Assembly (NCBI GenBank): GCA_050613775.1
Contig: JBODTK010000120.1
Span: forward strand, 124,001 to 188,000
DNA: 64,000 bases
Direction: 5' to 3'
Source of the DNA: Neocallimastix sp. 'constans'
Lineage: Eukaryota
Within the stretch, counting starts at the first letter, position 1. Each line of letters starts with the position of its first letter. Positions 15,126-28,632 of the stretch are shown here, one piece after another. The position numbers and the translations under genes are program-made. The notes below the pieces were generated by a model. That model saw only the letters and a program-made list of their open reading frames with translations. It did not search any database and was not told the DNA's origin.

Positions 15126-15539
15126 AAGTTTAAAATTTTCCTTTTCCTTTTTCCCTTTTTTTATTATTAATAAAAAATTTAAATATATATATATACATAT
15201 TTATTTTTTTTTTTTTATATTTACAATTATTTATATTTATTCATATTTATTTATTTAAATTGATTATTTAGTTTTTAATAGTATCACTCAGTTTTATTAT
15301 TTATTATTTTTATGAAATTGGAAAAAAAAAAAAAAAGGAATAATTATAATTTTTTTCTTTTTTTTTTCTTTTTAGTATTTTGAGGTATTAATAGAATAAT
15401 GTATTTATTATTAATGGAAAAAATCTTTTCTTTTTTTTATATAATTATATGATACATTTTTAATAAAATTAATGAGTCATATCAAAAAGTAATACTTCTC
15501 AAAATAGTAGATTTTTAATAATAATATTAATAGTTTCAC

Positions 15540-15583
<44 letters not shown>

Positions 15584-16420
15584 TCAAAATTAAAATATCT
15601 AAATATGTATTTTTAATTTATTTTTTTTTTTTTTTTTTTAATTTTTATATATTTTAATAAATATAAATATATATATTAAACTTTATATATAATATGAAAA
15701 TTTTTCATTTTTATAATTGTTTGTTTATTCCATTTATAATAAATCCACTCTAATATTTATTATTAAAATAATACTTTTTTTTAATCATTTTCTATTATTT
15801 TATTTAACATTTTAGCAATTAAATAAAAATTATTTATATTACTAATTACTCATATGCTTTATTATAATATTTATATTAAAATTTATTATATTTTATGTAA
15901 TTTTGAAAAGTTTACTTTTATTATTAATGTATCTTTATCTTTCAGTATGATTTAATAGCTATATTATATATATTTAATCATTGATTTTGTTATCTGAACT
16001 CTTTTAATTATGTACTGGATCAATAAAAAAATTTTAATTATATTCTATCTTTCGTTTATTAAACAAAAAAAATGAATATTAATATGTCAATATCTATAGT
16101 AAAGTAGTAATATAAGTTATTAAAGTAAAATATATTTTATTTATATCTATAAATAACAAAAAAAAATATATATATATAATATATTTTTGTTGTATACTAC
16201 ATATAAGTGTTAAATTTAAATAAATAAAAATTAAATATTTATTCATTACAGTTCTTTAATAATTATTAAAAAAAATAAAATAAAAAGGGAAATAAATAAA
16301 AAAAAAAAAAAAATAGAAATTCAATATTTTCCTTTTTTTTTTTTTTATAAAAAAAGATTAGAAAATGAAAATTTTTCAAAAATTAAAAATTTAAAAAGTT
16401 GCATGAACATAAACTATAAA

Positions 16421-16628
16421 TATAAATTGATATTATATATATATAAATTACAATAATAAATATATATTGATATTATATATATATAAATTACAATAATAAA
16501 TATATATTGATATTATATATATATAAATTACAATAATAAATATAAATTGATATTATATATATATAAATTACAATAATAAATATAAATTGATATTATATAT
16601 ATATAAATTAAAATAATAAATATAAATT
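16421..16628. repeat. Tandem repeat, 40-bp unit, about 5 copies
   Basis: TATAAATTGATATTATATATATATAAATTACAATAATAAA repeated. Confidence 0.9.
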
Positions 16629-16872
16629 TAAAGTATTAATATTTAAGTTTTATTTCATCTAAATTTTAATTTAGTTATTTTTTCAAATCAGTAATTAATT
16701 ATATTGTTATTTCTATATATTTTATCCTTAACGTTTTAGTTTTTTTTTTTTTTTTTAAAGAAAAAATTTTTTCTTATTATTATATTATTTCTATTTTCAT
16801 TATTATTAAAAATATCCAAACAATAAATAATAATAATAATAAATGAAATTAATTAAATAGAATAGTTTATTT

Positions 16873-16903
<31 letters not shown>

Positions 16904-18137
16904 TAATAATAATAAATAATAATAGTAATAGTAATAAAAAATAATAATAATAATAATAGTAATAAATAATAATAGTAATAATAGTAATAAATAATAATAA
17001 TAATAATAAATAATAATAAAAACAAACTTTAGTATTAATTAGTTTTTATCTATTTGTTTATTTAATGTTTTTTATTCACTAGTATTAAATTGTAGCTCAT
17101 CTAAAGTTAATGTTTCTACCAAGAAGGGACATATAAATGACAGTAATAATATAATAATAGGTAATAATGATAGGATTAAAATCTAATTAAACCCTAAAAT
17201 GAAAATTAGTGTATATACCACTATGATTGAATAAAATCTTTCTGAAGTAAATGAACTTGGATTTTTCATATAAAATTTCTTTATAAATTTTTTGTTTCAT
17301 TGTTAATATCACATTATTATATTTCAATAACAACACTAAGTGTGAGATTCTTCAGTCTACGAATATTAAAAGATTATTTTTTAATCAATAAAATAATTAA
17401 ATAAATGGAATTTTTTTTTTTTTTTTTTTAAATTTAATACTTCTTTAAAAAAAAAAAAAATGAAAAAAACTATATAATTAATAATCATTAATACTTTTTT
17501 GTATTCTATATATATAAAAAATATCATTACTCTATATTCATCAAAAATTATAAATATTAATAATAATAATAATTATGATAGTAATAATTATAATTTTTAT
17601 AATAAAAAACACTAAATTTTTCAAATTTTTCAAATTTTCGTTTATTTTTTTTTTTTTTTTTTTTTTTTTATAAATTATTAGTATATATGTTTTTTTAAAA
17701 AAAATAAAATAAACAAAAATATATGTATTTTGATTTTTGTTTCTATTTTTTATATTTTAATTTATTTTTAATAAATATTTAATTTTTTATTATTTTTTAT
17801 TTTATTATATATATGTATATATATAAATAATTTTATTACTTCTATTATTTTATTATTCTATTTTTATAAATATTTTTTATTATTTATTCTATTATTTTAT
17901 TATTCTATTTTTATTAATATTTTTTTATTATTTATTCTATTATTTTATTATTCTATTTTTATTATTATCTACTTTTTTTTTTATTAAATATTTTCAAAAC
18001 CTTAATAATGATTTTGAATACTTTCATATATTATTTTTTTATTATTATAATAATAGAATATAATAACTTTTTTTATTTTATTCTATTAATTTTATTTTTA
18101 TCTTATTACTATAAATTAATAAAATGAACTAATCTAC

Positions 18138-21100
18138 TTAAGCTTTACAGGTAGATGGAATACCACACCAATCATTGTCCTTGATACCCCATTCACCATA
18201 TTTATCAATGATGAATACATTACAGGTATCACAGCATGGATAACCATACTTCTTAGACCAACATTCATTGTAACTCTTAATACATTCATCAGAGATACCA
18301 CACCATTTACCGTTTTCAACACCCCATGAACCATCCTCATCTTCAATGTAACTAATACAGTGAGAACAGCACTTGTAACCAAGAGCTTCAAATTTACAAG
18401 TAGATGGTTCAACAACTGGTTCAACTGGTTGTTCGGTTGGTTCTTCAGTTGGTTCTTCAGTTGGTTCTTCAGTTGGTTCTTCAGTTGGTTGTTCATTGAG
18501 TCCACAAATTTCTTTATCAATTTCACATGATTTTCCATCTTCCATTCCCCATAATGATCCATCTCCTCCAGTGGCTGTAATTTCACATCCTTGACAGTAA
18601 ACTTTCTTATTAATGTAAATTGGAACTTCATCTAATTCAGATGGTCCTGGTAAGTATGGCTTTAACCATGCCATCTGTTCTGGGAAGGCCTTTTCTTCAT
18701 TTGGTTCAATGGCACAGGCAGTGTGTCCCCACCATGGTCCTGCGGCCCACCATGTAACTCCTAAAACATGTTCTCTGTTTTCTTCAAGGTATTCAAGAAC
18801 TTCTTGAACACATTCCTTGCATCCTTCACTAAGAGTACTACTAGTTTCTCCTAACCAACCCTTTAAGTTGTTGGTCTTGAGCCATTCAACAAATTCTTTA
18901 AGAAGGTTTTGACATGGACGTTGAACACAGGTATCATGAGTACCAGAGTAATCACTATCGAAATATTGATGAACTTCAAAAATAATATTTTCATCTTCAG
19001 AAGAGAAGTATCTTAAAGCAACATCTGCATTAGATTCTCCATACCATGCTTCCTTACCCCAACTCCAGGCTCCATCCCAACCATTACCTGAAATTAAAAT
19101 ATTGTTCTTAGCTCCTGTAGTACGAATAGCATCAACTGCAGCACGTGCAGCTTTAAACCAATCATCTGTTTCCATATCATGGGGTTCATTAACTAAATCA
19201 AACCATACTTTTTCATTGTCTTTGAAAACTTCGGCTAATTTAGCCCAGAAGTCTGCGAAAGCTTCAATTGGAACTTCTTCAGATCCAATAACATTATTGT
19301 TGTAACGAGCATAATTATGTGGATCAATAATAAGAACTGCTCCCTTAGCTGTAGTAGCATCAACAATCTTTTTATATTCTGTTAAATCAAATTCAGTTAA
19401 ATCACCAAATAATTCATGTTGGAAACGTTCCCATCTGAGTCCCATACGGAAAACATTCATACCTTGTTCAATAGAAGCTTCAATAGCATTAATATTTGGA
19501 TAAATATAATGTTCATTGTAGATACCTGGTAAAACAGCATCACCAAATTCACCACCAGCTTCATTGGTACCTAACTATATTTTATAAAGTTATAAATTTT
19601 ATTCATTGAGTTAAATTCAGAAATATTGATAAAATATTAATAAAATACTTGTTTTTTTGAAATATAATTTAATTTAGTTCAAATTAATTAATTTATATAT
19701 AATCAACAATTTTTATTTATATCTATTTAATAATAATTAACTATTATTTAAAATTAAATTAAATATTATCATATTATACTATTTATTTTAAATTGAATAT
19801 TCTCATATTTATTTATACATAAATTAAATTGAATAAAATAATAAATATTAAAAATATTATTATTTATTGTGTAACTTTAACTTACATATTGGAGTTTTCC
19901 TGATTCTTTAATTGGTTCTTCGGTTGGTTCTTCGATTGGTTGTTCGGTTGGTTGTTCAGTTGGTTGTTCAGTTGGTTGTTCATTGAGTCCACAAATTTCT
20001 TTATCAATTTCACATGATTTTCCATCTTCCATTCCCCATAATGATCCATCTCCTCCAGTAGCTGTAATTTCACATCCTTGACAATAAACTTTCTTATTAA
20101 TGTAAATTGGAACTTCATCTAATTCAGATGGTCCTGGTAAGTATGGCTTTAACCATGCCATCTGTTCTGGGAAGGCCTTTTCTTCATTTGGTTCAATGGC
20201 ACAGGCAGTGTGTCCCCACCATGGTCCTGCGGCCCACCATGTAACTCCTAAAACATGTTCTCTGTTTTCTTCAAGGTATTCAAGAACTTCTTGAACACAT
20301 TCCTTACATCCTTCACTAAGAGTACTACTAGTTTCTCCTAACCAACCCTTTAAGTTGTTGGTCTTGAGCCATTCAACAAATTCTTTAAGAAGGTTTTGAC
20401 ATGGACGTTGAACACAGGTATCATGAGTACCAGAGTAATCACTATCGAAATATTGATGAACTTCAAAAATAATATTTTCATCTTCAGAAGAGAAGTATCT
20501 TAAAGCAACATCTGCATTAGATTCTCCATACCATGCTTCCTTACCCCAACTCCAGGCTCCATCCCAACCATTACCTGAAATTAAAATATTGTTCTTAGCT
20601 CCTGTAGCACGAATAGCATCAACTGCAGCACGAGCAGCTTTAAACCAATCATCTGTTTCCATATCATGAGGTTCATTAACTAAATCAAACCATACTTTTT
20701 CATTGTCTTTGAAAACTTCGGCTAATTTAGCCCAGAAGTCTGCGAAAGCTTCAATTGGAACTTCTTCAGATCCAATAACATTATTGTTATAACGAGCATA
20801 GTTATGTGGATCAATAATAAGAACTGCTCCCTTAGCTGTAGTAGCATCAACAATCTTTTTATATTCAGTTAAATCAAATTCAGTTAAATCACCAAATAAT
20901 TCATGTTGGAAACGTTCCCATCTGAGTCCCATACGGAAAACATTCATACCTTGTTCAATAGAAGCTTCAATAGCATTAATATTTGGATAAATATAATGTT
21001 CATTGTAGATACCTGGTAAAACAGCATCACCAAATTCACCACCAGCTTCATTGGTACCTAACTATATTTTATTTATTTATTAATTTTATTTGATGAGTTA

Positions 21101-21317
21101 AATTCAACAATTATGTTATAATATTCATATATAAATGTATTATATATATAGTAATATTATTAATAATTAAAAGTATTTTGATATTTTTTTATAAATAAAT
21201 TTGATCAATATAATATATTTAAATGTATATCTATCATATATATATTCTTACATATTGAAGTTTTTCAGCTGAAGCTAAAGCTAAAGCCGATAATAATAAA
21301 GCTTTAGAAAATTTCAT
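18138..21317 (-). CDS. Secreted bimodular GH5 endoglucanase, copy 3: SP-GH5-CBM10-(EQPT linker)-GH5-CBM10-(EEPT linker)-2x dockerin. Exons 21252-21317, 19886-21061, 18138-19574 (892 aa)
   Basis: The two listed ORFs are joined by a phase-0 intron 19575-19885 (GTAAGT..TAG) at KLQY|LGTNEAGGEFG. The signal exon MKFSKALLLSALALASAEKLQY is followed by intron 21062-21251 at the equivalent position. Confidence 0.93.
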
Positions 21318-23957
21318 TTTAATATTATTATATTTATATTATACTGTTCCTGCAATACGTCTATAATTTAATTTATAGCACTTTTAAATATTATTATATT
21401 TTTTTTTAATTTATCTATATTATTATCTATTTTTTTATTTTATTTTTTATTCTATTTTTATTTTATTTTATTTTATTTTTATATATCTATATTATTATAT
21501 ACTTTTTATTTTATTTTTTTTTTCTATTTTTATTTTATTTTATTTTATTTTATTTTTTATTTATATATTTTATATAATTTTTTTATTTTTATTTTATTTT
21601 ATTTTTATTTTATTTTATTTTGTCTTTATTTTATTTTTATTTTATTTTTATTTTTTTTTTTTTATTTTATTTTTATACTTATTGTATTTTTTTTATTTTA
21701 TTGTATTTTTTTTTTTATTTCTATTTTTTTTTATTTTTTATTTTTTTTATTATTATTATGTTTTTTTATTCCTTTATATATATATATTTATTTAAATAAA
21801 TTGAATTCTAATTCTATTAAAACATTTAAATACTTAAATAAATAATATAAATAATATAAAATATTTCTAATTAAAAAAAAAGTAAAGAAAAGAAAAAAAA
21901 AAAAAAAAAAAGATGGGTAATTTTCTTTATTTATATCAAGATGAAAAAATTAGAAAAAAAAATAAAAAAAAAAATTAGAAATTAAGAAAATGGAGTAATT
22001 AATTAATTTATATTAATGGTTTCACCAAAAATTAACGAAAAATAATAAATTAATAATTTTTTTATTTTTTTTTTTAATGATGAAATCTAATATAAATATA
22101 TCTTTCTAATATTATTAATATAATATAAAATAAAGTTTATAACAAGAATACTATTTTGTGATGGACCAAACCTTATTGAGTGTAATAAAAAAAAATAATT
22201 GGAAAAAAGATTCTATTGGTGGAACGACACTAATGCAAAATATATATTTAAATAAAATAATCATAAATTTAAAGCCTTTATTTTTTATAGAATAATAAAT
22301 AAATAATTATAAAATTATAAAAAAAAAATTAAAAAATATATAGGAATGCATAAAAGAATATGATAAACATTATTATTAATATTAGAATAAAACTTATATA
22401 TAATAAAATTATTATTAATGTATATAAGTTTTAAAGAAAAAAAAAAAAAATAGTACTATATGTAAAGAGTTTTGTATTATTTTATCAAATATATATATAT
22501 ATTTTTTTTATTTGTAACAGATATAGTATAAATAATTCAAATTTGATTTTCCATAGTCTATTTATATATATATAAATAAATTAATTATATAATTTATATT
22601 GAATATACAGAATATAAAATTAAATTGATGTATATATTTCTTGTTTCTTTTTCTTTTTCTTTTTCTTTTTCTTTTTTTTTTTTTTTTTAATATTAAAAGT
22701 TATATATTGGAATATAATATTAAAATATTATATTCTAATATATAACTTTTAAAATTATATAAATTAAATTTTATTTGTACCACTTTGTTTTTTAAGATTA
22801 TAAAATTTATACAGAAAATGAAAATCAATATATATGTTTACACAGAAAATATTCTTTTTTTTTTTTTTTTTTATTTTTATTATTTATTTTTTAAATGGTT
22901 ATAGTATAATTTTTATAGAACATTAAAATTTAATATATTAATTACACAAACCATATTCTTTTTATCCTTTTATATATATATATATGGATAGAGAAAACAA
23001 AAGAGATATATTCTATAAAGATTTTCAACTTTTATTCCTTTTCTTCTTTATTACTTAATATTTATTAACGTTTATATTTAATCGGAAATATATTAATTAA
23101 AGTTCAAAATTTCATTTTAAATATTTGATAATAACTATAAAATATTTAAAATAATATTAATTAAAATTTAAAATTTTATTTGATATATAATAGTAAATAA
23201 TAAAAAAAAAAAAAAAAAAAAGAATAATTTAAAGTATCCATTTTGTGTCTGTAACATATATTTAATATATTTTTTATGGTTTAAAAAAAATTTTTTTTTT
23301 TTATTATAATATTAAAATGATGGATTAGTTTTAAATTCAAATCCTTATTATTATTAAATAGTATCATTATTATTAAATAAATATATATATAATTTTTTAA
23401 ATTAAATAAAATTAATTATCACTTCATATAAATAAATTTTTAAATTAAAAAAGTCTCATGGAAACAAATAACATCATACATTTTTTTTCCCTTTAAAACA
23501 AAAAAAATGAAAATTAGTATATTACGTTTGTAAATAGTGAAGGTAAATTAAAATTTTTAAATAAAGATTGAAAATTAAAAATAAATTAAAATTTTGGAAT
23601 AATTAAAAAAAAAAAAAAAAAAAAAAAAAAGAAAAGAAAAAGGAAAAGATAGACTTTTATAAAATAAAAGTTTATTATTATTAAAAAAAAAATTATAAAA
23701 TATAAATATATATATTTATATATATTTATATATATTTATTATTCTTTAATATTTTATTATTATGACTATGATTAATAAATATACAAAATCTAAAATGAAA
23801 TTAAATAAAAAAATGTTTCATAAAAAAAAAAAATTTTAGATTTTATAAGTATTAATTTTTTTTCAGATTTTAATTTTTTTTTTTTTTTTTTAAATAAATA
23901 ATAATTAAATAAATAAATATTTTATTAATACATTAACAATATATATATATACTCTAT

Positions 23958-23959
<2 letters not shown>

Positions 23960-23995
<36 letters not shown>

Positions 23996-24094
23996 AATTA
24001 TTTAATTTATATATTATAATATTATTCATATAATACTAAAATATTATTTTGATAAATATATATAAAAAAAAAATTACTTAAATACAATTATAAT

Positions 24095-24128
<34 letters not shown>

Positions 24129-24233
24129 AATTATTTAATTTATATATTATAATATTATTCATATAATACTATAATATTATTTTGATAAATATATATAAAA
24201 AAAAAAATTACTTAAATACAATTATAATAAATT
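23960..24233. repeat. Tandem duplication of about 130 bp, each copy starting with a poly-T run
   Basis: GAATTATTTAATTTATATATTATAATATTATTCATATAATACTA..CTTAAATACAATTATAATAAATT occurs at about 23995 and 24128. Confidence 0.85.
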
Positions 24234-24287
24234 AAAATAAATATTTTTCTTTTTTTATCAGCTTACTAATAAATAATTTATAGCATT

Positions 24288-26925
24288 CTAGTTATTCTTC
24301 TTTTTTTTTAACTTTTTATTCTTTTTCATTTCTCTCATACGACGATCAAGAATATTATTCTGTCTATCTTCTTCATCTTTTATTTCTTCTTGATGTTTTA
24401 ATACTTTTTCTAAATAGCTATCCGTTGCAGACTCAAATATATTCATTTTATTTCTTTGTCTTAGCTCTTGTTTTTTATTCTTTGACTTTTTCATTCTTTT
24501 ATTCATATTATTAAACTTTTGGTCTAAAGAGTCGCTATTATTTTTTAATTTATCAAGTGGTCTTACCACTGTTTTTGTGGTTATTTTTCCTGAAAAAATC
24601 ATATCTATATCATCACTTTCAAACACATCCTTTTTCTTCTCCTTATTAATATCACTAAATTTTCTTTTCTTTTCCTTATTTTTATTATTATTGTTATTAT
24701 TGTTATTATTATTATTATTGGAATTGATTGAAGTACTAGATAAATTATTAAGATTCTCTTTTTTATTTTTATTACGCTCTTTGATTTTACTATTATCTTT
24801 TTTATTTTTATTACTACCTACATCTTTTTTATCATTAACCGAACTAAATAATTTATCAATTAAATCAAGACCATTAACCTCATCATCATCGTCATTATCA
24901 TCATCATTATTATCGTTATCGTTATCATTTTTTTCTTTATCTTTATTTTTATTACTTATACTAAATGGTAAAGAATCAAAAATATTATCAATGATATTAT
25001 CACTATCAGATTTTATAGCATTTTTTTTCTTTTGTTTTAATGTTTTCTTATTCTTTTTATTTGATTCTTTGGATTTTTGGGATTTTTGGGAGTCTTTCGA
25101 TTTATTAACTGAATTTGATAATTGGGTGGATTTATTATCGTCAGATGAATCAAGATGACTCCAAAAACTGGATGATAATTCATTATTTGTTTCTTCAATA
25201 ATAATTGGCTTTTCCTCTTCTTCTTCTTCTTCTTTTGCTATTATTTTTTCATCCTCATTCACTTCTATAAATAAGAAAATAAAAAATAATTAAATAAAAA
25301 ATTATAAAAAAATAAAATAAAATAAAGTATATATAAAAATAAATATAAATATAAATATAAATATAAATATAAATATAAATATAAATATAAATATAAATAT
25401 AAATATAAATATAAATATAAATATAAATATAAATATAAATATTAATATTATGAATTAATAAATTCATAAATATAAATATATTTTATATTTTTATATAAAT
25501 ACCATCATTTGTTTCTTTTGAAGTGGATTCAATAGCATTTTGAATATTTTGATAATTTTTAAATTCTTTTTTCATTGATCTTTTTTGTAATTATTTTTAT
25601 TATTAAATGAATACAATATATAAAAAATGATTATTTAAAATGCGTAATAAAAAATAAAAATAATTAAATAATATTATTATATATAAATGATTTTATATTT
25701 AATATAGCATATAAAAAATGTTTTTATATAATATGTAATAAAAATTAAAAATAATTAGATAATTATACAACATATAAATAAATTTATATTTATAATTTAT
25801 ATTATTAATATACATTGCTTTATATATATATATATAAATCTTACTTCGTATGTAAAACAATATCATCAATATTTTCAGTTAATCCGATTTCAAATTCTTT
25901 ATTTTTCACCTAATTTATTTGAATAAATATATTAATTTTTCTATCGTTATCATTTTCATATTACAAATTATTGTAAATACATATTTAAATTATTTAATAA
26001 GATGTAAAAGAAAAACGAAGAATATGAAATTACTTGTTTTAATGTTGACATCCAATGATACGTCGTTTTATAGCATATATTCATTTCTTTTAATAAATAT
26101 TGAAGATAAATATGAAGTCTACTTGTGGAGCATAATACAATTAATGCAAATGGCATAAATAAAGCTTGTCTTAAAATAGTATGAAAAGCACTAATATATT
26201 CATTAATATATTTAGATATTATTTATTTAAATTAATAAAAATAATTACAATTTTATTATTGCATACATACATATATTAATTAATTAATTATTTTATACAA
26301 TTTATATATATATATATATAACTTACACGTATGTATCTTCTAAAACATTAATAGTCTTTATAAAAATTTATAATATTAAAATAATTTAAATTTTTTTTTT
26401 TTTTTTATTTTTAAATTATATTTAATAATTTAATTATAAATTAATTATGCAATATTACTATAAAGAATTTAAAAAAAATAATATCTTTTATTTCTATAAT
26501 ACCTTTGATAATAACTTATAGCCACCTACTAAACGTGTTAAAAAGAATGAAACCATTTCTCTTGAAGGTAATTTATATATATCTTTATCATCAGTTCTAT
26601 TTTTTATTTTATTTTATTATATAATAAATAAACAAAACAAAAAAAAAAAAAAAAAAGGAAAAGGAAAAGTTAATATATTTATTTAAAAATTAAAATAACA
26701 TTATAATTTTAAGATTTACTTTGTTGGTATAATATAATTAAATATTTCTGCAAGACCTAATTCTTTAAAACGTTTTAAACATCTTGAAAGCTATTATCAA
26801 AAATTTTATTTTTCATAATTTTTAAATAAATACAAATAATTAATATACTTTATATTTATGGTCATAATATGATTCTATTATAATATTATGAATAATTATA
26901 TAATGATAATGATGATAATCCTATT

Positions 26926-26985
<60 letters not shown>

Positions 26986-27140
26986 TTAAAATATAATATG
27001 TTTTTAAATTGTTAAAATAATGTAAATTAATTATTATTGTTGAATAATGAATTAGTTTTTAATAGTCAATACATCTTAAATCAATAAGTGTGAAATCTAA
27101 TTTCAAAATTTCAAAATTTAGATTTTAAATTTCTTTAAAA

Positions 27141-27185
<45 letters not shown>

Positions 27186-27584
27186 GATAATGTTATTACA
27201 AATAATAATATATTTTTATAATTTTATAAAATTAAAAAATATTAAATATAATAATAGCTATTTATTCTAAGTAATATCAATTAAAAATCTAAATATAAAA
27301 GTTTAATATATATTAAGTAAAACAACTTTTTTATTAATTATTTAAAAATAAAATTTTAAAATAATTACCTCAATTAATTTTCTTAAATGTGCTGATTTTC
27401 TATGTTGTAATGTATTTTTATATAATATACGATGTATAATTGCAATTTCTTCCCAAAGTTGTCTTTTTGATAATAATCGTTGATAATAGTATAGTTTTGG
27501 AACCCATCCATCATTTACTTTTCCAATATCACCATCTGCCTCTGAACAAACGGGTAATTCAATCTTTCTTCTATTCCATTGCAT
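24288..27584 (-). CDS. Rmp1/NEPRO (DUF4477)-like nucleolar protein, candidate RNase MRP subunit, with a long K/N/D-rich C-terminal tail. Exons 27369-27584, 26720-26790, 26503-26596, 26327-26355, 26034-26190, 25845-25909, 25503-25579, 24288-25264 (561 aa)
   Basis: Eight GT-AG bounded exons sum to 1686 nt in frame. Motifs EIAIIHRILYKNTLQHRKSAHLRKLIE-LSRCLKRF, LPSREMVSFFLTRLVGGYKLL and QALFMPFALIVLCSTSRL resemble the Rmp1/NEPRO N-terminal domain (recognised from memory). Confidence 0.75.
25340..25443. repeat. (ATAAAT)n microsatellite inside the last intron of the Rmp1-like gene
   Basis: About 17 consecutive hexamer units. Confidence 0.95.
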
Positions 27585-28595
27585 TTTAGTTTTTATATTT
27601 AAATATGTCAATGAAAAATCTTATTAGATGTACTTATTTTCATTAAATTTTACTAAAATAAAAAGTTAAAAAAAAAAAGTTAAATTTTATTCTGATTCAA
27701 GTATTTCTTTCAAATAATATTAATATTTAAAAAATAAATTTGTTTATCATTATATTATATTTTATTGGATATTTGTTATTTTAATCAACATTTTTTTTTT
27801 TTATTTAGATTAAAATAATTGTTTATCCATATATAGACAAAAATATACACGTGTTAAATTAATTTATGAATTTTTATCATAAATTTTAATTTTTACATAT
27901 TTTTTTTATTTTTCCAATTACTTAACCTTTTTTATTATAAATGGTTTGGTTTACAAACACACAATAAAAGACTTTTACTTTAATATTTTAAATTTTTTAT
28001 TACCTTATTTAATTTATGCTTATTTTTATATATTTATCTTTGATATATCACTTTGAATTTCTATACATATAAATTACAACAAAAATAATAAATAAAAACA
28101 TTTAACATTATTAAAAAATTATACAAAGTGTAATATAAATTAAACAATTATTTTATTAATATTAACAAATTTTCATATATATTATAATTTTTTAAACTTT
28201 TTCTATAAATTTATAAAATATGTATTTACATATATATATAATTTTTAAATTTTTAAAGAAATGAATTGTCATATTTATTTGAATTATATAAATATTAATC
28301 ATTTCTGAATGTTTATAAAAATAATCAATACTACTGTATCATTAATATTATATTCCTTTAATATGTTATATGTAGATAATAAATCTTGAAAAATATTATA
28401 TTTTTTTGTAATACTATAAAAATAAAAAATATTACAATTTATATACTATATTATTAAGATATAATACATAATAAATGTATTCATTCATAAATTCATATAA
28501 AGTGAACCACTATGTATCACTAGTTATATTTGTATATATATAATGTAATTTGAAAAACATTACTTTTATTAATTTTTTTTTTTGATTTTAAATTA

Positions 28596-28632
<37 letters not shown>

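Noticed and set aside
14940..16628. Regular repeats as possible CRISPR arrays (also 55735-55975 and the LTR minisatellites)
   Set aside because: The units are directly tandem with no unique spacers, the context is eukaryotic, and there are no cas genes.
17030..17370. Possible secreted-protein exon between GH5 copies 2 and 3
   Set aside because: Several in-frame stops, no start or consistent splice model, and no recognisable family.
3580..20118. Many short alternative-frame and antisense ORFs overlapping the GH5 genes
   Set aside because: They are shadows of the real CDS and recur only because the GH5 modules are duplicated.
24577..25158. 193-aa Leu/Ser-rich plus-strand ORF
   Set aside because: It is antisense to the low-complexity last exon of the Rmp1-like gene.
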